A stretch of 64,000 bases of DNA from Candidatus Wolframiiraptor gerlachensis (GTDB lineage Archaea > Thermoproteota > Nitrososphaeria_A > Caldarchaeales > Wolframiiraptoraceae). A program made the translations under genes and the position numbers. The stretch covers positions 32,001 to 96,000 of the forward strand of contig JAJPCT020000017.1 in NCBI GenBank assembly GCA_021323375.2. Reading direction: 5' to 3'. Below, piece by piece: positions 57,527-64,000 of this stretch; the first letter of the stretch is position 1; each line of letters opens with the position of its first letter. A model generated the notes under the pieces. That model made no database searches, was not told the DNA's origin, and saw nothing but the letters and a program-made list of their open reading frames with translations.

Positions 57527-58243
57527 ATGAGCGAGAAGAAATACAAGAATGATCCCCTCTGGAGCATTCTCGTTGATGTTGTTAAAATGCTTCCCCACTT
57601 CCAAGAACACCTAGCCTATGTGAGGGATGAGATTCTGCCCAAAAAGCCAGATATAAGTGCTGAGGAGCTCTCGAAGATCCTCTCAATACCCTTGGGCGAG
57701 GCCCTTGTCATTCTAGATAAGCTGAGGGAGTTTCCATGCGAGGTTGAGGAGAAGCTGTCAAGGAGCCTCCCAGACCCGGAGCATGAGCGCGTCGCCCTCG
57801 GAGGGACATTCAGCAAGCTCCATTATGGACATATGAGGCTCCTGCTTGAGGGGTTCAGGTTGGGAAAAACAGTCATTATAGGCGTGACGACCGACGAGTT
57901 CGCCAGAAAGCTCGGGAAAAAATACACCGTTCCACCATTCGAGACGAGGGTTAATGGATTAAAGTCATTCCTGCGGCGGATGGGATGGATCGATAGATGC
58001 GAGATCCTACCGCTACATGATCCATATGGCGTGACGGCGGTTGATCCAAATCTCGAGGCCCTAATAACAAGCCCCTTCACACATTACAGGGGCATTGAGA
58101 TAAATGAGATCCGCTCGAGGAGGGGACTGAGGCCCCTGAGGGTCGTGGTCTGCCCGCTGGTTGTCGCCTGGGATGGCAAGCCCATCTCAAGCACCCGGAT
58201 ATTCCTCGGGGAGATTAATGAGAGAGGTGAGCCCCTAGGTTAG
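57527..58243 (+). CDS. coaD: Phosphopantetheine adenylyltransferase (archaeal type) with ~85-aa N-terminal extension
   Basis: VALGGTFSKLHYGH, GVTTD, DPYG, IN..R...GL.PL, DGKPISSTRI..GEI. Confidence 0.85.
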   Translation: MSEKKYKNDPLWSILVDVVKMLPHFQEHLAYVRDEILPKKPDISAEELSKILSIPLGEALVILDKLREFPCEVEEKLSRSLPDPEHERVALGGTFSKLHYGHMRLLLEGFRLGKTVIIGVTTDEFARKLGKKYTVPPFETRVNGLKSFLRRMGWIDRCEILPLHDPYGVTAVDPNLEALITSPFTHYRGIEINEIRSRRGLRPLRVVVCPLVVAWDGKPISSTRIFLGEINERGEPLG

Positions 58244-59157
58244 ACTCCCCCGAAGAAGAAGAGAACTAGGAAGATGAGAATGCCGACGATTACCGTGAGC
58301 TTCATCGAGGCCTTGTAAAGCCTCTTGAACCCCACGCTATTATACACAACGAGCCCAACATTCGAGAACAGGGAGAGGATATCCACTATCATCTCGCTAA
58401 GCCCAACCTCCTGCTTTCTAACTGGAACTCTGCTCAGCATATTCTGGTATTCAACCGAACTCCAATTGCCCACGCAAAGGTCAAGCCTCTCCGATGCAAA
58501 CTCCACGCCGCCGGAAAGCCACCTCACATTGGTGAGATTCATATATGTTCTAGTATTTTCGATTACTTCCCCAATATTCTCCGGCCTTATCATGCCCCAG
58601 TTTGGGAGCGTTAGATTTGGATAGGCGCGGTAGACCTTCACGTAGGCTGCCCTGACTATCGGCGATGTTATGTTCACGCCGCCCTCCGGCGCGATCCCGA
58701 TCAACATCGCATCCCTGAAAGTGACATTCTGAAAGTCCGCGTCAACGATCATGTAGGATACCTTGGGGGTCTGCCAAAGGAATGGCACTTGCAGTGCTGT
58801 GAATACCGCGACTATTATAAAGGAATGTGCTACCATTGTTAGAAGCTTCACAAGATTGAGATCCTCGCCTTTAAACATCACCACGAGAAGGACGACCATT
58901 AGGATGAAAGCGAAGGTTATACCCAGCTGGATCCCCCGAGTCGTTATGATAGCCTCGAAGTCTGGAGCTGTTGGGATGAGCCTCCTGAAGCCTTCCAGCG
59001 CATATACCATCTCCACCTTCTCATTAAGCACATAGCCGGTCACATATGAGACAATGAGTAACGTGGCTACGATAATTGCTAAGCCCCGGCAAAGCCTCAG
59101 CCACTTGCCAACATCCACCTGAGAGAGACGCTCTCTTAACGCCTCACGGGAGAACAA
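58240..59157 (-). CDS. Multi-pass membrane protein with extracellular loop carrying N-glycosylation sequons
   Basis: Three N-terminal and two C-terminal hydrophobic helices; NVT, NIT, NLT, NWS sequons. Confidence 0.65.
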   Translation of the reverse strand: MFSREALRERLSQVDVGKWLRLCRGLAIIVATLLIVSYVTGYVLNEKVEMVYALEGFRRLIPTAPDFEAIITTRGIQLGITFAFILMVVLLVVMFKGEDLNLVKLLTMVAHSFIIVAVFTALQVPFLWQTPKVSYMIVDADFQNVTFRDAMLIGIAPEGGVNITSPIVRAAYVKVYRAYPNLTLPNWGMIRPENIGEVIENTRTYMNLTNVRWLSGGVEFASERLDLCVGNWSSVEYQNMLSRVPVRKQEVGLSEMIVDILSLFSNVGLVVYNSVGFKRLYKASMKLTVIVGILIFLVLFFFGGV

Positions 59158-59188
59158 TTCTCAACCTGCCACCCACTCGAGCATCATT

Positions 59189-59629
59189 TCAGGATTTAAG
59201 CTTTGTACACCGAATCAGGAGAAATGCAGCAGCCGCCACAATCACGGAGAATAATATGTTCATGAGCAGGGAGGGGACCTCTAGCTCGGGCCCCAACCCC
59301 TCTCCGGCCTCGGTGAGCACTTCTTCGGGCCGGGCAGCCGCCTCAGCAGCCTTACGAGGTGCTGTTTCGGTGGTTATTGATTGCATGGAGAGCGTCTTGC
59401 CCTCGCCCGCCCGCAGGCTGGGCCGGATGCTTATTTGAGCGAGGTTTATGGCTTGATTTACGAGGAATGCTAGGACTAGCGCGGTGATCGCCAGCATTAT
59501 CAGCCGCTTATTCACGAGCATATCCAGGTCATCCACCCCCATAATGCTATGGATTAGAACACTACCAGGTCCTATGCCTCCATATTCTGATCGTCTCGAT
59601 CCAGAAGAAGAGGGATGAGAGGCCGCCAA
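59189..59629 (-). CDS. Two-TM membrane protein (true start probably MLVNKR, ~59521)
   Basis: Two hydrophobic helices flanking an A/E/P-rich linker. Confidence 0.55.
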   Translation of the reverse strand: MAASHPSSSGSRRSEYGGIGPGSVLIHSIMGVDDLDMLVNKRLIMLAITALVLAFLVNQAINLAQISIRPSLRAGEGKTLSMQSITTETAPRKAAEAAARPEEVLTEAGEGLGPELEVPSLLMNILFSVIVAAAAFLLIRCTKLKS

Positions 59630-59987
59630 GGGCTATGGCGTGGAGGCTCAGGTCCGGGAAGTTCTGAGCCACATAAAGCATGAGCAGCGTTGTTATGAAG
59701 ACCGCGTAGAAGATCATTCTCGGGATAAGCCTGCCACCCACGAGCACGAACATCTTCAATATCCCGACATCAACCTTTTCCTGGGCGAGATACCTGTTCC
59801 CCTCATCCCTTAGGACGAGTCCCATCTCCCTGAGCTTCTCGAGATGGTGATGAGCGACGCTTGGGCTTGAGAAGCCGAGGGCTCTCTGAAGCTCCCTCAC
59901 GCCAACAGGCCTCCCAGCTCTAAGCAGATAAATGTAAACCTGGAGGGTCTTCCCCCTAAGCTTGTAGAGCTCATTCTCCCGCTCCAT
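59562..59987 (-). CDS. Membrane-anchored winged-helix transcriptional regulator
   Basis: GKTLQVYIYLL...GVRELQRALGFSSPSVAHHHLEKL..MGLV plus two C-terminal TM helices. Confidence 0.8.
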   Translation of the reverse strand: MERENELYKLRGKTLQVYIYLLRAGRPVGVRELQRALGFSSPSVAHHHLEKLREMGLVLRDEGNRYLAQEKVDVGILKMFVLVGGRLIPRMIFYAVFITTLLMLYVAQNFPDLSLHAIALGGLSSLFFWIETIRIWRHRTW

Positions 59988-60086
59988 TATCGGCCACGTT
60001 CATGGTATCCCCATGTCATCCTTAAAAATCTCTTGCTCCGCGTGATGGGGAGAGTCCTTGGATGATGCATGAGTGGTGATTGAGGC

Positions 60087-60302
60087 ATGGTGAGGTTGGC
60101 GAGGATTGTTGGGCTCGCCGCTATGATATGCTCCGCGGTTTTCGCGGTATTCTACATCCTATGGTTCTTCGGCTTAACCCCCCTCGACCCCCAGCTCGCC
60201 GTGAAGATACCGATCCTTGTAATAGTGTTGGGCCTATGCTTCATTGCCGGCTGGCTGGGATATGTTATGGCAACCGCGCCATCCTCCTCATCTCCTCATT
60301 AG
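60087..60302 (+). CDS. Small two-TM membrane protein
   Basis: 71 aa hydrophobic ORF ending WLGYVMAT; GGTGA SD-like motif upstream. Confidence 0.65.
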   Translation: MVRLARIVGLAAMICSAVFAVFYILWFFGLTPLDPQLAVKIPILVIVLGLCFIAGWLGYVMATAPSSSSPH

Positions 60303-60461
60303 GGAATTAACCTTAATTTCTTAAAGAGATCAATCTCTTGGAATGAACCCACCTTCTTTATCAGATCAGTATTCTTATATTCCTCGTCTAACCCCATCAG
60401 CGAGAATTGAAAAAGCACCACCAGTTCTTAATAACCAGTTAATTACCACCATAATAATTTC

Positions 60462-61793
60462 TCAGGCTGGAAGACCGAGCCAGAGAAGGAAATCAACATA
60501 CCACTGCGGCTTGACCGGGAAGAAGTAGAGGAAGAAGCATATCTGGCCTGCGAGGAGGAGGTAGAGTACAAGCTCGGAGAACCTCTCACCCTCAAGCATC
60601 CTAGATATGGCCACAGCTATGACCGGGACCGAGTTGTAGAAGTAGAATGAGTAGACCCAGCGGTGGAGTATGTGCGCGAGCGGGAAGTAGATTAGATAGT
60701 TCGTGAGGAGCCAGCAGAGCGTGAAAAGCTCTAGGTCCGGGAACTCTCCAGACCTTAGCCTCGTGTATGCGATGTATATCGCGAAAATGAAGACTATCCA
60801 TGTCATCCACCAGAGGGGTGTCTGCATGCCATAGTATGCTATCGGGTGGTATGTCTTCAGCGAATCAACCTGGACGGCTACAACGAAGTAGCTCGCCCTC
60901 GGGAACTGGAAGATCGGGTTCGTCCATGAGAGCGGCATATCAACCACATCACCCTCCGAGAATGTTAAGCCTGAATGATAGTTCAGCATGAAATCAAGGT
61001 GCTCGAAGGGCGTCTGAAACGCTTTATAGGAGTAGTCATAGATTCCTAGGCCTATGATTAGGATTATTATGGCCGTGAAGCATATCCTCTCAACAACCTT
61101 TATCCAGCTTCTCATCGCGCCCCTGAAGGATGTCTCCTTATATGATGCCTTGGCTAAGTCGTAGAGCAGTATCGCGGATAATATGAATGCTGTTGAGAGC
61201 TTTGAGAGTAGTGCCAGGCCGAATGCCAGCCCAGAGAACACGGGCCTCCTCCTGAGATAGAGATATGCTCCTAGGAGCGAGAATGCAAGGGCCGGCGCAT
61301 CGAGCATGGCGATCGAGCTTAGGTTGAATGATGTGATGTCGAAACCTAGGAGGGCGGCGGCGATCACGGATGCCCTGAAGCTTTTGGTCAGCTCATATGC
61401 GATGAGGCCGACTAGGTAGACTGACGTGGCCCCGCAGATTGTTATGAGCGTCCTCCAGCCATATGGATTATCGCCGAATATCAGTATCCCGAGCATCATC
61501 AGCGCCTTGGATAATGGTGGGTGCTCGTTGTTCGCGGCCTCCCCCCGAAGCATCTTCCTCACAGCAGGGATGTAATGCGCCTCATCAAATACGAATCCAC
61601 ATCTACCGCCCTCGATCGGCGGATTGGTGCATGATTCGGGCGGGAACTCAGGCCACGGATACGGTATTATCAGGAGTTTGAAGACTAGTATTATCAGGGT
61701 TATGCCTATCAACCAGGCCCTTAGCCTCCGCTTAGACCCGATGCCAAGCCACCCTCTTAATCTTCTCAGCAATTTGGACACCTCTTGAGGCAA
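60462..61793 (-). CDS. GT39/PMT-like protein O-mannosyltransferase (GT-C)
   Basis: VFDEAHY, EHPPLSK, FGDNPYGWR, AMLD, multiple TMs. Confidence 0.8.
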   Translation of the reverse strand: MPQEVSKLLRRLRGWLGIGSKRRLRAWLIGITLIILVFKLLIIPYPWPEFPPESCTNPPIEGGRCGFVFDEAHYIPAVRKMLRGEAANNEHPPLSKALMMLGILIFGDNPYGWRTLITICGATSVYLVGLIAYELTKSFRASVIAAALLGFDITSFNLSSIAMLDAPALAFSLLGAYLYLRRRPVFSGLAFGLALLSKLSTAFILSAILLYDLAKASYKETSFRGAMRSWIKVVERICFTAIIILIIGLGIYDYSYKAFQTPFEHLDFMLNYHSGLTFSEGDVVDMPLSWTNPIFQFPRASYFVVAVQVDSLKTYHPIAYYGMQTPLWWMTWIVFIFAIYIAYTRLRSGEFPDLELFTLCWLLTNYLIYFPLAHILHRWVYSFYFYNSVPVIAVAISRMLEGERFSELVLYLLLAGQICFFLYFFPVKPQWYVDFLLWLGLPA

Positions 61794-62844
61794 AGTAGGT
61801 CTCTAGTAGGATTATGAATAGTAGGACTGCTCTCAGGAGGGCGAGAAGCTGGGGTGGAGATCCCGGGGCTAGTGGGTTGTGCGTCTCGAACCAGAGGAGG
61901 ATTATCCCGGCATTTGCGAGGTCTAGGAAGAAGTATGGTATCGGCAAACTCCCCATCACGGCTAAGAGCGGGGGAAGCCAGAGGAGCATCTGGGGCGTGA
62001 AGACATAGTTCGTTAAGAGGAAGACCGATAGCGCCATAAAAGTTCTCTGGATCAGGTCAGCGCTATCATGCAGGTAGACCTTTAGAAGACCATAAGCCAT
62101 GAGGAGCATTCCGAAAAGCTTCGCGGTATCCCATGACCCGCTGTTAGGGAAGAATATGAGATACCAGGCATTCTCGAGGCCCCATCTAACATGATAGAGG
62201 TATGTGCCGTCTATGAAGTCTGGGTTCAGGGCCCAGAGCACGAGATTTACGGCCGCGAAGATTCCCAGCGAGATTAACGCGTATTTTACCCGATTCCTCC
62301 ATCCCTCAACGTGCATGAGGATGAATGGGAGCGTGATCAGGTTTATGAGCTTGACTAGGGCTGCGGCCGAAAACGCGATGGCCGATGATATGAGTCGCCG
62401 CCTAAGTAGCAGGAAGAGGGAGAGCATGAGAAGCGATGCGAAGATCACATCATAGTTATAGACCGTGTAGAGGATCATGGATGGGCTGAGGCATAAGAGA
62501 ATGAGCGCATACTCGAGGCCTATGCCCCTCTCCTCGCAGAGCCTGATAACTATCTCGAGCATGATTATGTAGAATACGAGGATTATCGCTGAGAAGATCG
62601 AATAGTAGGATATGATATTTGAGCCGAGGGACGCCGCGAGGAATGTAAGGAAGCCGGAGAGCGGCGGATACTCGAAGGGCGCCTCGATGTATGGTATTCT
62701 GAGGCGCGTTAACCAGCCCTCCCTATACCAGAAGGATACTATATCGGAGTAGATAGGGTTCGAGAGGCTTGGGCTATGGATTATGTAGGAGAGGATGAAT
62801 GAGGCGATGCCCGCGGCGTAAACGACCTCTCTCCTTATTGACAT
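61732..62844 (-). CDS. GT87/DUF2029-like polyprenol-phosphate glycosyltransferase (GT-C)
   Basis: YSDI, PYI...FEYPPL, NYD, VKL, VFTPQMLLW. Confidence 0.7.
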   Translation of the reverse strand: MSIRREVVYAAGIASFILSYIIHSPSLSNPIYSDIVSFWYREGWLTRLRIPYIEAPFEYPPLSGFLTFLAASLGSNIISYYSIFSAIILVFYIIMLEIVIRLCEERGIGLEYALILLCLSPSMILYTVYNYDVIFASLLMLSLFLLLRRRLISSAIAFSAAALVKLINLITLPFILMHVEGWRNRVKYALISLGIFAAVNLVLWALNPDFIDGTYLYHVRWGLENAWYLIFFPNSGSWDTAKLFGMLLMAYGLLKVYLHDSADLIQRTFMALSVFLLTNYVFTPQMLLWLPPLLAVMGSLPIPYFFLDLANAGIILLWFETHNPLAPGSPPQLLALLRAVLLFIILLETYFASRGVQIAEKIKRVAWHRV

Positions 62845-62848
62845 GCGA

Positions 62849-64000
62849 TCACCCGGCTAATTTCTTGCTCACATATGGGCCGTCCAGCTTATATCCATGC
62901 CGGTAATAATATCTCCTGACGCCGACGCCGCTTATCACGACGATCTTCCTCGAATCTAGCTCCTCGACGCCGATCCTCTCAGCCTCTCTCAGGAGCATCG
63001 ATCCGATTCCCGCATGCTGTGCAGATGAGCTCTCCGGCGGCCCGCCGACCGGGATCATCCTACCACATACATGGAGCTCCCTAACTATAACCGCCCTCTC
63101 GAGCTCGGGCCTCAGAACCTTACATGGAAGCCTTAACCTGATAAAGCCGAACAACACATCTTTCACGGGATCCTCATAAGAGATGAAGTGCTCGATGCCT
63201 CCTGACGCCTCATATCTTCTCACGATGATCCTGCCATCCTCCAGCCTCGCGCACACACCATCCCTGAGAAGCCTATGACCATATTCCCTACATCTTATGC
63301 ACCTGCACCTGAGACCCCTCATCCTCAGCTTCTCCTCAACAACCTCCCTCAGGTTTGGTATTCTATTGCCTGCGGCCGCAAGTCTTAATGGTATCTCGCG
63401 CTGTATCCTCTGAATCCTCACATAGGGTGGCGTGAGCTCGAGCCATCTCGCGAGAAGCTCTACGAGATCCTCATCGCTATATGGCTTGTAAAGGCCGCTT
63501 CTCCATAGATCATAGAGACGGGTGCCGGGCAGGACGAGGGTCGGATAGATCTTGACCTGATCAGGCCTAAACCTCGAGTCGCTCCAGATCCTCTCATACA
63601 TCTCGAGATCCTTCTCGATGCTTGATCCGGGGAGGTTTGGCATGAGATGGTAGCCGACCTTGAAGCCGAGATCCTTCAATATCTGCGTCGCCTCAACCAC
63701 ATCCTCGACACTATGCCCGCGGTTCACGATCTCGTATATCTCGTCATCTATCGCTTGGACGCCGAGCTCGACCCTAGTAACCCCGAGCTCGAGAAGCCTC
63801 TGAGCCTGTGGGAGCTTCGCCCAATCCGGCCTAGTCTCAACTGTTATCCCAGAGACGCGGATCGAGGGAGAATTCTCGGCCATCCTAAGGGCATCCTCAA
63901 GTGACTCGGATTCAGCGCCGTTGAAGGCGTCTAGGCACCTTTTAATGAACCACCTCTGATATCCTTGGGGGAGGGCTGTAAATGTCCCAGCTATTATTAT
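62849..64000 (-). CDS. elp3: Elp3 tRNA uridine(34) acetyltransferase (radical SAM + KAT), 5' end outside the window
   Basis: Frame open to the edge (IIIAGTFTALP...); ETRPD, TRVELGVQ, HLMPNLPG, KIYPTLV, CRCIRCRE, RELHV, ISGVGVRRYY. Confidence 0.93.
   Translation of the reverse strand: MIIAGTFTALPQGYQRWFIKRCLDAFNGAESESLEDALRMAENSPSIRVSGITVETRPDWAKLPQAQRLLELGVTRVELGVQAIDDEIYEIVNRGHSVEDVVEATQILKDLGFKVGYHLMPNLPGSSIEKDLEMYERIWSDSRFRPDQVKIYPTLVLPGTRLYDLWRSGLYKPYSDEDLVELLARWLELTPPYVRIQRIQREIPLRLAAAGNRIPNLREVVEEKLRMRGLRCRCIRCREYGHRLLRDGVCARLEDGRIIVRRYEASGGIEHFISYEDPVKDVLFGFIRLRLPCKVLRPELERAVIVRELHVCGRMIPVGGPPESSSAQHAGIGSMLLREAERIGVEELDSRKIVVISGVGVRRYYYRHGYKLDGPYVSKKLAG

Noticed and set aside
60040-60085. 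Possible further C/D sRNA (GTGATGG...ATGA...TTGA)
   Set aside because: Boxes too degenerate, spacing wrong, and it overlaps the SD of the 60087 gene.
60401-60413. GAGAATTGAAA matching the CRISPR repeat 3' end
   Set aside because: Short, isolated, AT-rich match compatible with chance.
63884-64000. Apparent N-terminally truncated Elp3 (344 aa in the ORF track)
   Set aside because: The frame stays open to the window edge; truncation is a window artefact.

Overview
A 64 kb archaeal chromosomal window. Archaeal markers: GatDE, aIF5B, rps6e/24e/27ae, KEOPS, an intron-containing tRNA, C/D-box sRNAs and a crenarchaeal-type CRISPR repeat. A thermophilic TACK lineage such as Aigarchaeota/Caldarchaeales is my inference, not proven. 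Housekeeping blocks cover gatDE, ribosomal proteins/infB, moaA plus an aldehyde:ferredoxin oxidoreductase, kae1-bud32-rdgB, pheS, sua5, coaD and elp3. Between them lie: (i) four paralogous beta-hairpin + winged-helix genes at the left edge; (ii) a gamma-glutamylation-type amine catabolism cluster that also holds a nucleotidyltransferase, a metallophosphoesterase and a papain-like protein; (iii) an accessory stretch after tRNA-Thr with pst/phoU, two sugar ABC systems, decayed genes and an orphan 2-spacer CRISPR remnant; (iv) four C/D-box sRNAs invisible to the ORF track; and (v) beside tRNA-Arg, a decayed IS110-related RuvC + Tnp/Nop gene that lacks the catalytic-serine loop and overlaps a ~127-nt structured element. 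Item (v) is the best candidate for an RNA-guided system related to bridge RNA or TIGR-Tas. Several genes carry clustered single-base indels that may be sequencing errors. All calls come from motif recognition by eye; no database search was run.
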